Source: Sphagnum compactum (lineage: Eukaryota). Taken from it: DNA of 64,000 nucleotides. The stretch is taken from NCBI GenBank assembly GCA_965153455.1, contig OZ234493.1, positions 18,652,213-18,716,212 of the forward strand, in the 5' to 3' direction. This document shows positions 49,768-63,982 of the stretch, piece by piece (positions within the stretch are counted from its first letter, which is position 1; every line of letters begins with the position of its first letter). Below the pieces are notes generated by a model that saw only the letters and a program-made list of their open reading frames with translations, was not told the origin of the DNA and searched no databases. Made by a program: the position numbers and the translations under genes.

Positions 49768-52700
49768 CTACAGCCCCATTCCTCCATGTGGAAGTCTTGC
49801 AAGTTGGCCAGTTTGTTCACCCTTCTTCAAATGTTCTTCACAAATCCATCCCATTTCAGCTGTCTGCTCATCCTTGTATATCACCCTCTGCAAGCCAAAG
49901 TCTCTGAGAATAGATTTATCCTTCAAGAAGTTTACCAGCCGTTGTTCTACAGACTGCTTCTGTGCAGTTCTCTTGGCTGAAGCTGCATCTGTCACAAGTT
50001 CCTGAGATGTAACAGTGGCCCAGTCTTTTGGCAAACAGGATCCCACAGAGTCACTCATGGCTTTTGCATATGCTTTACTAGGATTAGGCACCAGGTCACC
50101 TATCCCCATAGTGATGTGTGCTCCCACTTTAATAGCCAGGAAGACCCACTTCAGCCCTTCCACCACCAATCCATGGATCTTCTCCCACTGCTTCCCTTCA
50201 AGAATCACCTCACAACCACGTTGGCCCTCTACTATGTGCACTCGTGTCTTATACTCACATAGAAGATGCAGTTGAAGAGCCTTCATTCCAGGTACAAGAT
50301 TTGTTATCAATGTTTGCTTCATACTGGCATCATCAGTAGTGAACAACACAATGCATGGCACTTGGTGTTGTGAGGACTTCAAGAACAAATTAATGATGCG
50401 TTTACTCATGGGACACAACTTTTCTTCCATATGCCTCATTTGTGTGCTCAAATCTTCAATTCTCTGCAGAATCATGTCTTGATCCACATTGTTTCTGTTC
50501 TCTCCTGACCTGGGCACAGGGGCATTAGAACTTTCACCATCAAACAAGGGTTTGGGGAAAGTGCAATCCTGTGCTTCCAAGATTGATGACATGAATCCAC
50601 TTGGGCTTGTTTTGTGATCATAATCCTTGCAATCTTGTAGCCTATGGAGTCATCTTTCCACATCTTCTTTTTCCTTTCTTCCCATGAGGCCCATGGCTGC
50701 TTGACAGCTTGAATCAAGAATGATATCATCTCCTTCTTTCAATTGACTCCAAGTATGCTGGTGGGGTTTCTTTCTGGGCCCAGCTGCCACAACTACATGC
50801 TTCAAATCTTCCACAAGTACACCTTGATTTTGGTGCTGGATGAAAGGAATTTGCTGCCTTACACACTCTGGCTGCACAATCCCCTCCACAAGTAAGACTC
50901 CTTGGCATCCACCAGAAGCAACACAAAGTGCTTGAATATGTGTAGTGACATGCTCATGAACAATGTCCAAAGCATCATCAAAGGTTTTGGAGTTTGAGCA
51001 AACGAACACATCAATATGGGTGCCCACATTCCCATTGTATTCCAACACAATCTCCACCCCATCAAACACAATGAAGATGAGATCCTTCTTTAGGAAATAA
51101 TCTGCAGTCATGTGATCATTGGGCCCTAGAAACTTGTTGTGCAAAGATACCTGTATGCACTACCATGATAATATGTCAACCAAAAATAGATTTTGCAAAA
51201 TCTTTTGATGCATTTCTCTCATAGATAAGAAATTCAACAATTGCAAATTCAGAAAATTCATCACCATGGTGGAAGTACGTTTGTGTGGGCAAAACTAATA
51301 ACAAGGACCGCTTTGCAGCAATAATATCCACTGTGAAACCTGAACAGATGGAAGGTGTTCAAACCTGTAATCGACAGAAAAAGCGAGAGGTATGAAAGTA
51401 CACATCTGATCATCACACTGAAGCCTCTGTCCAAAATGTACAACATTCTTATTGTTGAGTTGGAGGTCATAGGTTTTGTGAAATTTGCTGTCAGGTTCAC
51501 TGCAACGGATGAGGATCTTTTGCAATGTTGTCTTAACTCCAAGAACCCACATTGACTTCTCCCTTTTCGGCTGCTATATCTGCTTGCAACCAAGATTCAA
51601 GCTGTAATGGAGTTATATGCTAGTGCCAGAGTCCCCTTCAACTTGCTGACACTCTCATGCCTATAACATAAGCTAATTTCCAATGTGAAAAATATTGGTC
51701 ACTCTGAAAATCTGGTCATTTTGAACAAGTGAATCTGATCTAGAGGTGTAGCCTGGGGTGCAATCTACTTTAAGTATGGAAGATTTTGCAGGTTGGAAAA
51801 GAATGCTTTTGGACAAGAAAAATCTGAAACCACCAGCCCTTGAAATCCCATGCAAGAGACAGAACACACGAACAGTTGTATCACTCCCATGGCACATACC
51901 AGCATATGGACTGCCACACAAAAACACTCTTGAAGCCCGTGCCTTGGCCACTGGCAACTTCCTCAAACATGACTCCCTTTATTGCACATTCTTTCATAGC
52001 TGTTTCTTCACTGTACCAGATTGGAGAGTTTCTGAAATTGATCTCTCTCAAAGTGAAATTCTCTAAGAGGACATCCATAAGGGTAGGAATGGCCTGTGGA
52101 GTGAGTATCCATTGACACTCAGACAGGTCCAGGATTTCAAGGGAGTTGTTCTCCTTCAAAGATTGGATAAGTGCACACAGACTCTCTTCCTTGACCTCTT
52201 CACTCACATCAGGATGTCGCATCACTCGCATCATCATGAGCTCTTTTAGTGTGGAATTAGTATCTCAGGTAAGAATTCCACAAATATTGACGTTACATCA
52301 CCAGGGTTGATCTCCAGTGCAAGATTGAGTTTGGTAAGGGTGACATTTGCTTGCTGACCATCTGCATCCCCTGAAAGTAGTCTGACCAATGCATGTGCCA
52401 GGCCACAGCTGTGATGACAGCTCATCATGTCTTTATAAGATCCCCTCGAGTTTTCAACCGTGAGCTCTTTTAGTGTTGGGTTTTGTAGCACCTCTTGGAG
52501 CACTAGACCATATACTTCAACAGACAACCCACTTTCACGAGCTGTAAAATTGGGATTGAGTTTGGTAACGTCGTCCACGTCTAGTGCAGGCCTGTATCAG
52601 TGAGTGGTCGGACCAAACCAAGCTATTGTCTGTATTCCTCCCTTCGAATGCGAATGCTTTTCAAACTACTATTATGACTCAACATAACCGCAACTTCCTC

Positions 52701-53220
52701 TATCGTTCTTTTCATCTCCACCGGCACAAAATCCGTTGCATCCCCCCGTTTCGCACAGTTGAATCTCCAGAGTCATCAAGGTCTCGTTGGTGCGTAGAGC
52801 TCCACAGAGCACGGCAAGGCCCTTTGCATTCCACTGTCGGGACAGAGTAATCAGCAAGCTCGACATGGTAACATTGGTGCGTAGAGCTCCACAAAGCTCC
52901 ACAAGACCTTCAATGCACCGATCAAACGAGACTGGTTCTAAGTCGTTACCCGGCAGACGCGAACGCGAGGAGTACACCAATGTGGTGTCTTGGATATTCT
53001 GCCTCCTTCCTATCTCACGCATTAGGATTAGGTGTTGCTCTTTACTGATACGAGATGCTGGCGGAATTGAATTGAGGGCAAATTCTGAATGAGCTGGCGG
53101 CGACTGCACAACAGGCCGAAAGTTGGTGCTCGATGAAACTGGATGAGCTGGATTGCCCTTAACCTCGTGCGAACGGCGATGAAAAGCCGCCAAAGGCTTT
53201 CCCTCCACCTGATAGGCCAT
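49768..53220 (-). pseudogene. TORNADO1-like LRR-ROC-COR (ROCO) gene, disrupted
   Basis: RNI-type LRRs (LCGALRTNVTMSSL, LCGALRTNETLMTL, LIQSLKENNSLEILDLS) precede the start of a ROC P-loop (RVFLCGSPYAG). COR remnants follow (HFGQRLQCDD..FFCRLQ|VSLHNKF..HIDVFVCS..VLLVEGIVQPECV..HQHTW), then a C-terminus with QVPCIVLF..LQLHLLCE..HIVEGQRGCE..WICEEH. There are several frameshifts, an in-frame TGA at 50650-52, and most of the GTPase domain is missing. Confidence 0.82.
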
Positions 53221-54140
53221 GAGAAGGTACTCATCACCAAATCAATGCTGAAATATGACCGTCAATCTTCCGAACTCATAGTGCATTGTAAAAAGCGTAA
53301 GAAGCCCCGCTACAACATAGCCGCCCCCTACCAAGTAATGATTCGGTCGATCCATTTCCGCTAGTTATAAATTAAAAAACATGTTCAATATAGACAGTCC
53401 CTGAGATAGAGAGCACTAATGGAGTAAGCCTGGTTCATGAACGCCGGACCTTGACCACAAGGTAGTCAGTCATAGCCGCTGCAGCTCAGCAGCGTCACCC
53501 CAAATTCCTACATATTTCGATGCAAAAAGTGTCGCATCTTGGTAATAGCTAGCACTTGAGAAGCTACACATCCGTCTCTGCAGGAGCTGATGCGCCCCAT
53601 GAACTGCAGATCTTGTAACAAATTAGATGCTGCTGCTCCAAAACTAGCGTTCAAGCACAGTCTTGCAGTCAGTCCCATTCTCTTCTCTTCTCCTCTTCTC
53701 CCGACATATCATCCTGCTACTCCTGCTGTCCACACGCACTTTCACGCGGGGGGCCACTGTCGGTACTCGGCATCACCGGCTGGCAACAACAAAACCTCAA
53801 ATACTTTGCTCGCATCAACAAGAGCTCAAATCCCTGGAGCACTCGGTATTGAGTCTTTGCCGTTGACAACTGAAGGAGATGACTTCCGGAGTACCTTCGA
53901 AGGTGTATTTGGTGGGGGGATGGAGAGATTCTTCGGCCCTCTTTACACCAGGGCCTACACCACCTGGCCGGACTCAAAATGGGAGGATTCCTAATGGCTA
54001 AAATGTCAACTTTGGGCCCATCAAGTTCACATCCGGGGCCCAAGCGCAAGAACTCAACAATGATTTCCTGACGTCCTGTAATTTCTCCCTTTTCCTTTTT
54101 CTTATACTTTGTACATTTTCCAAATCTAGTATGTGTTTAT

Positions 54141-54459
54141 AAACAAAGAGGTGTGTCACACTGTGGCCTTGCCATTTACATTAAAAAGTATCTTAAGGCA
54201 AAAGAAGAATTATAGAAATTCAAAATTTTCACCATGCCAAACATATAGTCTTCAAAAAATCCTCGAAAGGAAACCAAAATCCTTCGACATATTATAACTC
54301 TATAATAACTAATCTCAAGTTTCAACACAAGCCAAAATATCATCTTTCAAAAATCCTCATATACAAATAGACCCACTACCTAGGGGCCAGAATCCCTCAA
54401 GCTACCATACTCTATAATGAATCTAAACGTAATATCCTTGCCTTGGTAGGCGAGGCCAA
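54141..54459 (-). mobile_element. About 320 bp dispersed non-autonomous element, copy 3 (Helentron/HINE-like architecture)
   Basis: Collinear with 20051-20389: GTGTGTCACACT.TGGCCTTGC..ATTTACATTAAAAAGTATCTTAAGGCAAAAGAAG...CCTTGCCTTGGTAGGCGAGGCCAA. Confidence 0.7.
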
Positions 54460-55276
54460 TAAAGTTTTGCAGGGTTGCATCGATCATGATTTGGTCATCT
54501 TGACCTAACTTTAAAACCCTAACCCTAATGTTCTGATTTCCCGATGCTTCGAGCAAGACCACCACAATTCCCTCAGCTCTGCTCTGATTGCGGAGAAGAT
54601 TTTTGATTTCGAGTGTGCCATGCCATGCACTCGAATGGTTCGTCGATAGATTTCAAACGAGGTGGAAAAAAACGAGTTTGAAATTGAAGGTGAGATACAC
54701 ACACACACACAGACATCGAGAGAGAGAGATGCTGAGACCCGGGAGAGGAAACAGGGGGCTAGGTTTTTCGATTACAATTGCAAATGCACTCTGGTATCGA
54801 ATAATCCAGTAATGCAGGTGCGACATCGCTGGTGTTTCGCGTTTCGTTTTTCGTTTTTCGGTATTGGATTTTCATTTTGGGTGATGATATCGACCTCCTT
54901 GGGAAATGCTTGAGGAATTCTTTTTTTTCAAAGGACTTGGAGCTTGAATCTTCGGGAATTTGGGGTTTTGAGACATGGGGGTTGCGCGGCAAGTTTAGAC
55001 CCTCCTAGTTGAGGGGAAAAGTCGAGTAAATAATTGGTTACGAGGTGGCGGCAGGTCTGCCTATGGCCTGTCGAGTTGCGCACAGTCCAGTTGTGAGGCT
55101 GTGGATGGCAGACCGCTCTATCTGCAAGCACCTACCGGTTGAGAGATGGAGCAGCTACACAATATACGGCCGTATTTGCGTGTCACTCTCTTTTTTCACT
55201 GGAAACACTGTAGGATGCTGGAGCTGGCATATGCCTGGGGAAGCAGCTTTGGAGAGGCTTGGAAAATGTTCACACA

Positions 55277-58200
55277 ATGCGGCTTTTCGTGAAGCTTCCA
55301 GGTGATTTTTTTGTTTCTTCATCACACTTGACTAGAACGGAATTTCAGGCTTTCTCAGTTCTCTAGCTGATTGGCATCAACTGGGCATTGAGGTCTTGCA
55401 TTGTGCCCCAGGACGAGGGAGATAAGCTCACAGCATTGCCAGTGTCCAGATGAATATTGCCATATCTTCCTCAGAGCAATGTCCAGAAACAATGCTGGGG
55501 AAACTACATTATCAAAAAGCAAACTGAGGGAATCCCACATATGACAATCATGAAGGAGTTTCATTTGCAATTAAAGTGCCATTTACCTGTTTGTAGAGCA
55601 AGCTCTGTTGCTCAGGACAAAGTTTGGCCAAAGTGGGTTTGCTTCCACTGTCACTTGCTTTAGAAACTAGACATGAGTACAGTCATGAATGATGCAAACT
55701 ACTTGGCACTGGCAGGATGATTACCTTGTCCTTGTAATCCTGTGGCCTCTATGTCCCAGAATTTGCACTCCTTTCCTGAAACAACAGGAATGAGGCTGTG
55801 TTTGCCTACAAGCATGATCACCTTGCCATTTCACCCTTAGGGTTATTGCTTCCATGTTGGAAGAGGAAGAAAAAGAGGGATGGCATGGTCTGCTGAGCAA
55901 ATTGACTGAGACTCTCTTTAGTCATATGGCTGTCATGAGGGATGCTAACCTGGTTGCCAATAGTTCCCCCCCATGGGTTCTCACAGAGCATTAGTTTACC
56001 CAAACACCTCCTGTAGATCGGACAAATTAGGATGGCTGGCATCCAGCATGACCTAACGGTGATTCAAATATTCAACTGCTTGCAAGACGACAATGAGTCT
56101 GAACCACTATGCTGTTGTCTTAGTTCTGTAGACTGACCTTCTGCCTCTGAGATTTGTCAGTGGATATTGTTTATCATATTGGAGACATTATTTCTGCATG
56201 TAGAAGAAAATGGCTAGTGCACTACTGGCTGTTTAAGGAACTTCAGTTGGTGCAGTCTTGCAGGATGTAAAGCCTTTAAGGGGCCTCCTGTTTGGATTTC
56301 ATATGCTGAACCAGCACTTGCAGCCAAGGTCTTTAGGGATGCCCGACAGTTTTTTGGAGGCAGCTCTGCAGCTACAGGGGAGAGTCAAAGCATGCAAGGC
56401 AAACCTCCTAGTGACAAGTTTTTGCATCTCCCTCGTATGTCTCTTGTTTTACCACACTGATTTCAATGTCTATTTTAGTATGCAGGAGACAGGCTTGTTG
56501 ACTATTTAGATTTGTATAATGTATGGACTTCATGGTGACATGCCGACACATGGATTAGTTCAAGTAACTGGACTGTGATCCTGAGATTATGTGTTGAGAT
56601 GGGAATTTTGTGGAGTTTGTGGAGAAAAGAAAATTCTTGACTGAGTCTTTGTGTAACTACACTGTGCAGAAGTGGGAGGGATTTTGGAAACAAATGAAAC
56701 AACAGAGTGTGCAATGCCAGAGCCAGAGTCTCATCAATATGTTAAAGATGTTCTGGAGGTTCTCCGCTCTGTAAACCACAAGACTGAAATGCACATAAGA
56801 CTTGCCCCTTTTGTTGGAAAACTCTTAGCTCGTGATGTTACTGTAGTGTTCAAAATGATGTACAATAGGCAAGTAGCAGTGGATTTTTACAAGTGGGTCA
56901 AAGCACAACCTGGATTTAAGCCAAATCTGGATTTGTATCTTGCATTTGCCCATTGCTTTTTACGGGTGCAAAAATGGATAGCCTTGGAGATACTGGTTGA
57001 TGAAATGATAGAAAACAAGTTCCCACCAGATGCACGACTTTATGCTCAAATCATGAAAGCTGCGAGTGACGTAGGCCGTCTACACACAGTTGAAATATGG
57101 TTTCACAAAATGCGAGATCATGGGTGCCCTTTTGATTTAGTGATTTTCAACACCTTAATAGCAGCATATGGGAAAGCAGGACATTACGATCAATCTTTTA
57201 CTTCCTTCCTTCAACTGAAGAAGGAGGGATTTAGACCCGATGGGGCAACATATAGTGCAATTTTGAGTGCTTGTAGAACAGCAGGGAAAGTTGATATGGG
57301 GATAGAAATTTTCAAAGAGATGACTTCCAGTGGGTTTAAGCCAGACCAGGCAGCATATAGTATACTGATTGACATCTTTGGCAAGGCACAGAGACCTGAT
57401 GAAGCCTCCACTACTTTCCAACAAATGCAGGTACTCTCACCAAAAGCCTTTTGTAGTCATGTTTTCATAGTTACCAGGCATGTTTGTGTTGTGAACTTCA
57501 AGGTATGGCTATTCAAGTTGTTACTTCACAACCACACTGTGAGCAGATGTGAGAAACGTCCTGAATTTCTTGTCTGTGTTCTTGGATTGGGGGGGGCAGG
57601 CAGCAGGTATTTTGCCAGACCCAGTTGCATTCAACACTTTGATTCATGCATTTGCAAATGTGGGAATGGTGGATCAAGCCACTCTGGCATTTCGGGAAGC
57701 TCACCGGGTAGGCTGTTTACAAGACCCTGTAATTTTTTACACCATGATCCAGCTGTATGCAAGGGCAAGGATGTCAGAACAAGCCCTCCATGTCCTGAAG
57801 ATGATGAAGGCATGTGGATTCCAGTCAAATGAATTGGGGTATGGCATAGTCTTAAATGCTTTTGTGCGAGCAGGGCTGCCAGAGGGTGCCATCAAGATCT
57901 TCAAAGAGATGCGGTCAGTGGGGTGCCCGGTGGGTGAAAACACTTACATCACCATGCTCAACGTGTATTCAAAGGCTGGTATGCATGTGGCAGCAGAGAA
58001 TCTTCTCTCTGAGATGCAGCGAAAGGGGTGCCATCGAAACATCATTGCCTATGGCACTGTAATTGACATGTATGGAAAGGTTGGAAAACTGCGGGCTGCA
58101 ATGCAACTTTTTTCTCGCATGCGGAAGCAAGGTCTGAAGGCCAACTTGATTGTCTATAACACAATGCTTGACATTTATGGGAAAGCTGGGAAGCTCAATG

Positions 58201-58673
58201 ATGCTGAACGGCTTCTGTTTGAGATGAAAGGGGGAGCATCAGCAGGACTTGCCCCTGATACAGTCACGTATACCATCCTAATCAACGCTTATGCTCGAGT
58301 AGCTCGATTTGAAGACTCAATGCGAGTCTTCTCACAATTTAGGGCAGATGGATTAAACTTAGATGGAGTGTTGGTTGCTGTGATGATCCACGTGTTTGGA
58401 AAAGTGCGTCGCTATGAGCAACTATCTGAGATTCTGGAGCAAATGACAAACTGTGGCATCAAACCCGATACTCATATGCTCAAGATGATCACAGAGATCT
58501 ATGATGAAGCAGGCATGCATGAAAAAGCTGCTGAATTTTTGACCAGAATGCAGGAAAAACTAGGAGAAAGGCCTTTAGAGACCAGGAACACATTACAGAG
58601 ATTAAGGCCCTGGTCACTGCCACTTAATCCATCTCCTTCACATTCTTCTTCTTATTCAGTGGATGTAACATAG
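55277..58673 (+). CDS. P-class pentatricopeptide repeat protein; main exons 56670-57430 and 57600-58673, tentative 5' exons 55277-55301 and 56264-56398
   Basis: Tandem 35-aa PPR motifs (e.g. VIFNTLIAAYGKAGHYDQSFTSFLQLKKEGFRPD, IVYNTMLDIYGKAGKLNDAERLLFEMK) with no E/DYW tail. The GT-AG intron 57431-57599 joins the two long ORFs. The tentative N-terminus MRLFVKLPGCKAF..RDARQFFGGSS resembles an organellar targeting peptide. Confidence 0.9.
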
Positions 58674-60259
58674 CTGTTTAGCGAGTGATCAATTTCCTCA
58701 CTCTTCTTCTTATTCAACTAGCTGCAGCTGTTCAGTGAATTATTACGGAGCTGCAAAGCAAATTCCATCAACATGAAGTGTTTGTGAACAAAAAACGATT
58801 GCAGTTCCTTCTCTTGCTAACTTGCACAAAGTGCTTCTGCCTTCTGTTGTTGATCACATCTTTTCAGTTTGCATGTTCCTTTGATGTTCCAGTCCTGGTC
58901 TACTTTGGACTTTGTTCAAAATTGGTTGCTTACATATCCATTTTATTGCAGTAGAAATATTTGCCTGGTTATTGGTTTAGGTGAAGTGGAGACCTGAATC
59001 AATTCCCACAATTCTCAGTTATCTGGTAGTTGGCTTCACACTACTTGTGGATTTTGGATCTCACTTGTTTTGCATCAGCCATGCCTATCTCTACTGAAAT
59101 CCATAGTCGTAACTTTGAACACGCGGTCAAGTTTTACAGTTCGCATTGACAAGAACTGTTGTCAAAATTACACATTCATGAATCAAAATAAAATTCATGA
59201 AAAAAGCATAAAATCACAAAACTGGAATTCTTCTATCAAAAATTGTTCAAAACCTTAAAAATTTCGAATCTCCCTCTAGAAATCTAGCAATTGAAATGTA
59301 TGAAGATTCAAACATAAATTTTAGCTTGTTTTTTATACTGTTGGACGGTGTTGAGAGCAGAGAGTCGACACCCAATTTCAAACAGTACTCAGCTTATAAT
59401 TCTTTAAAACCACTGAAACCAGAGGTTGGTTCATTCATTAATTTGAAGAACCCACTCCAAAGTTGCATGAGACGTTACAAGGTATAACTTACATCAAATG
59501 TAATTTTTGAAGTTATAAAGTGGATTTTATTATATTTGATAATAATATTGTCTCACAATCAAAGGTACGCTTCATTTTCCAACTGCACAATTCATTTTAT
59601 ATTGTTATCATTACATAATCTACTTGAAGATTCAAATTTAAGACATAGCTTTACACTACGTAAGGCCGGGGAGTGTGGGCATTCCTGAAGCATGGGCTTG
59701 AAGCTGAGGCAAAATATCTCAGCTTTCATCTTGTTAGGGCCCTTAATTCAGGAATGCCCTCACCCTAGGGCATTAGGGTAGTGTGGCTGGTGATTGAACA
59801 CGTAATGTATCAATCATCTCCCTCTCATCCAGTCCACCTCTTTTTTTCTTTTTCATGGGGTTTGAAAATAAAGTGTAGAGGCTTAGAAAAGGCTCCCACA
59901 ACCTTTTAAATTGCTCAAAATGGTTGAAAAATAAGAAAGATATGTCCCTCTAAACTTCAGGTTGTCAAAAATGAAAAAAAAAAACTTTTCATACACATGA
60001 CAATCTATGAGAGTTTTCTTTGTCATTTAAAATCAAACAATCATCTGCTAACTAATGGACTGTACCTATTTTCGTCATTGGGATGAATGGAAAAAAACAT
60101 CGAACAATATTTTCAAAATAATTGTTCATTTTTAAACATACGGCTAAGATCTAGTCTAGTTCTAGAGGTTTGAAAATTAATGATAATGAGTGTGAGATCA
60201 TCCCATTCTTCAAACCCTTGTGCAATTATTTTTTAAATTATGGGTGCAAAGTGTTTGAT

Positions 60260-60565
60260 ATGACTGTCCTAGTTATTACATTTTTCGTGATTGTCACGGT
60301 GTTGTGTTTTTTCATGATTGTGTTTGTGGTGTTCCTCTTAATCACCATGGTTTTGTGGTCCTTGTAATTGCCTTGATCATTGTGCTCTTGGTGTTCCTTG
60401 TAATCATTGTGATCTTGTGTTTTTTTTATTGTTATAATATTAGTATTTTTCCTAATAGTCATAGTCTTGTCTTCTTCCCAATCATCATGGTTTTGGTGTT
60501 CCTTTTTATTATAATGGTCTTGTGTTTTTCCTGGTCACTATGGTCTTGTGTTTTGCAACTTCTTT
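60260..60565. repeat. Degenerate short-period tandem repeat (ATCATGGTTTTG/GTGTTCC-like units)
   Basis: Repeated catggtYttg(g)tgtt motifs produce the low-complexity ORFs at 60170-60567. Confidence 0.7.
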
Positions 60566-63430
60566 AATTATATATTTTCTACTTTGCTTTTTACACATAT
60601 AATCATTAAAAGACAATGATTTTATTACTTGGCATATTCATGTGTACTACCTAACCAATAACCTTTTAGTAAAACGATTTGGTGTATTTAAAATTCACAC
60701 CCTTGTACTTGCATAAATTTGTTGGCAAACTTATTTGAAAGTTCTAGTGAAATTTGTCACCCACTTCCCTTATAGTTGTTGGATCTAAATAATATTAAAT
60801 TATTATGTAGCAAATTATGTTCTAGTGCTTTTTTTAGTAGTTTTTTTTTAGTTGTTCAATCTATTGCAATTCCTAAGTATGTTTTTCTTTTTCAATCATG
60901 TGTCCTCCTTTTTCTTTTTGCCATCCTTCTTTGATTTCATTTACAACTATTTTGTCCATGGTTTTTTTCCTTATGATATTTAGATATGTAACAAATGTCA
61001 TAACATATGACTAGGAATCTTGCATGTAAACAAAACAATGAAAACAAGTTGTGCAAACGCATGGATTCCTAGCTTAAATTTGGACAAGATTAAATTTTTT
61101 GTAGCACCTTAAGACTATTAAAATTATTTTCATCTAGATTTACAACATTGGTATTTTAAAGTTATTCTTCAATCACTATAAGACTCTAATGCATATCTAC
61201 ACAATAACATTGATCATTTTTTAACATGTTGGTAGGTAGATCTTCAACTATTATTTGTTGAATTATTTTAGCCATATGCAAAAGTTTTGTAATAATAGAT
61301 TTTTCCCCCTAGTCTTGATTGTGATTAACATTATGATTTATTGTGTAATTGTATTTATTTCCCTAGTTATAAATGTTTGTTGGAATGCATATATATAAGG
61401 GTTGAGTCTTGCTATCCATTGCTTTGAATTTAAAAGGCCATATGTTTGTAACCTTGAATTCAAGCTTGATGTGTTTTTAGTGAGTGATTGCTCTAAAGTT
61501 TGATCTACCTACCCAACCATGGTTATATTGTTTGCTTCCATGTAATTGTTTCAAAATATAGTTGCATCTTTGACATTTTTAAATGATGTTTTAAATGGTT
61601 TGAAACGAGATACATTAATGATTATAGAACATGTAATATGTGGAATGGTAAGATGATCATGTCATCTAAACTTTTGTGCCTATTTTATTGTTTCTAGGAT
61701 AACATGATTGTTTTTAAAGGTTTAGAATTTATTTATGAATAGTTGCGTGCCCTTTAATGTGAAGACAAACCCCCCATAACCAACATTCTCTTTAGATCTA
61801 TTGGTGTTGTTTTGTGAAAATGAGTTCAACCCAACCTTAAACCAAACATGGCCTTTGGAAAAATTATCAACATTTTTTTTCTTAACTTGTTTCAAAAGAC
61901 ACTCATGACCAAACATTCAAAACTTGAGTAAAATGTTTTCCACCTTATTTGTTTTCAATTATATGCATGAAAATGTGTTATTTCCTCTCCCATCACCAAA
62001 TGTATTTAAGTAATTGTGTTTGCTCGATACATGCTTGGTACAAGCTAAAATCATAAATGCATGTCTACTATCTTAGGGCAATAATAATTTTTTATAACAT
62101 TAAAAAAAAACAACAATATAAACAAATTAATCAATTGAAAAATAATTTTATTACAATTTTAGTTATTAATTCTTCATCAAAGCCTTTTTGAATTTTAAAA
62201 AATAAGATCAAATTAATTTAAAAATTTTATATATCTCTCTCTATATATAAATTTTAATTTCTTTTAAAATTGTGGTGTTTTGTTTTAATCAATTCTAGCA
62301 TAATCTTTCAAATCAATTTTTTAAGAATCTCATTTTAATAAGATTTAAAAGAATTGAAACTAATTATTTGTATGTTTATCAAATAAATTTCATTTAAAAA
62401 ATCAGTCATATGAATTTTTTTTACATTTCATAGTGATATGAAACCTTGTGCTACAAAAAGGTAAGTGACAACCCAAAAATAAATAAATGATAAGAGGCAT
62501 GTTTAAATCAGTTACCCAACATTCCTATTTTGAGAAGAAACCCAACAAGTAGATGGGTAGACTTTGAAACAACCCATCAATCGGATGGGTGGGGACCCAT
62601 ACACATGCCCGTCCATTAACTTGGGGCAATAAATATAACAACTACTTTTCTTTTTTTTTATACTAAATTTTTTCCATGCACATAACCACCCACAAAAATA
62701 ACATTCCACTTGGATACCTTGAAAAAAACAAACTGAACACAATTTCTCAAGACCAAACATTCGATCATAAAACCATTTTGAACATTAATTCGCATGCAAG
62801 TGACCATTCACTGGCATTGGTTTGCACTAGATCGACATTTGGTTAGTGGGTGATGTTTGGTGGGGGGCAAATCTCCACCCTATCCTACTATAGGAATTTT
62901 CTAGAATCAGAGTTTCCTTTGAAAATCTAAAAGCCATTAAAGTGGTGAGGGTAAACCCCAAGTGAAGGTTTCCTTTAAAATCAAGGATTGGACAAAAACA
63001 AGTAACTACTGGTAACGACTTTCATGAAAGTTCCCATTGAGTTCACTGCTCCTATAAGAAGTAGAAGAACATGGGAACGGTAAAAGAGAGATCCGTTCCC
63101 CATGTGCCCTTGTTCGCTGGAGAAGGCTAACACGCTACCTTCGACTACCACACACAAATTTCTGTCCCCTCTCCGTCTCTCTCTCTCTCTAGTGATTGAT
63201 TTGCTTTACATTTTGTGGCGGATTCTGGGTTTCTCAGTGAGTCAGGGAGTGGGTCTCCGTTTGTTGCACTGGAGATTGCAGTACTGTATCGCCGCAATTT
63301 ATTTGGCAATTTGTGGCACAGACGCTGAGTTTTTGAGAATAAGAGGATTGTTGAAGTGGGTGGGGGGAGGGGGCGTGTGTGTGTTTTTGTGTTGTTTGGA
63401 AATTTGGGGTTTCTTGCGGGTTTTGGAGAA

Positions 63431-63982
63431 ATGGCAAGCGCCGTTGTTGGGGTGGTCAAGCCAGTGGCGTTTTCATTGCCTTCTTCCAAGTTGCAGCCGG
63501 TGTTGCACCAGCTCAATAAACAACCTTCCCTCTTCTTGCCTCCTCTGCCTTTGCGGAAGCATCCAAGGTACCCATGTGACTGTTTTTGTGGGTGTTTTCT
63601 CCTTCTTGGATGACCTTAACGCGATTTGTTTGGCAAGTGAGCTTGTTCTGACGGTGAGCAGTTTGGAAGTCTTCTTTTTACAGAAGACCGGAATTTCAGT
63701 ATTCTTAGGTCTACGTAGATTCTCCCCAAGTGCCGTAATTTGCTCTGAATCCAGTGTAGAACACTTCTGTAAAGTCTTGGCTTTTAGGGTTCTCGGAGGT
63801 AAGAAAACCCTTGCCAGTTAAGAATGGGTCATTTTCATCTGGTTACCACTGGAACTTGAGACCTCTTCTTTACTTGATTGCTCTATGTGTGAATGCAGGA
63901 AAACGTCGGTGTCAGCTACTCTGAAGTCCGAGGGTTTTTGGACCCCATCTTCATTTGACAGCCATGATGTGTGGTCTATCAG
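63431..63982 (+). CDS. CLPP5: Plastid Clp protease proteolytic subunit 5-like, 5' part (exons 63431-63567 and 63899-63982; continues beyond the window)
   Basis: Transit-peptide-like MASAVVGVVKPVAFSLPSSKLQP..LFLPPLPLRKHPR|KTSVSATLKSEGFWTPSSFDSHDVWSIR. The WTP...VWSIR segment matches my recollection of the ClpP5 N-terminus. The catalytic domain is not in the window. Confidence 0.68.

Noticed and set aside
60170-60567. Hydrophobic membrane-protein-like ORFs
   Set aside because: They arise from a T/G-rich degenerate tandem repeat.
63102-63821. 239-aa ORF
   Set aside because: It overlaps the 5' UTR, exon 1 (different frame) and intron of the ClpP5-like gene, with no domain features.
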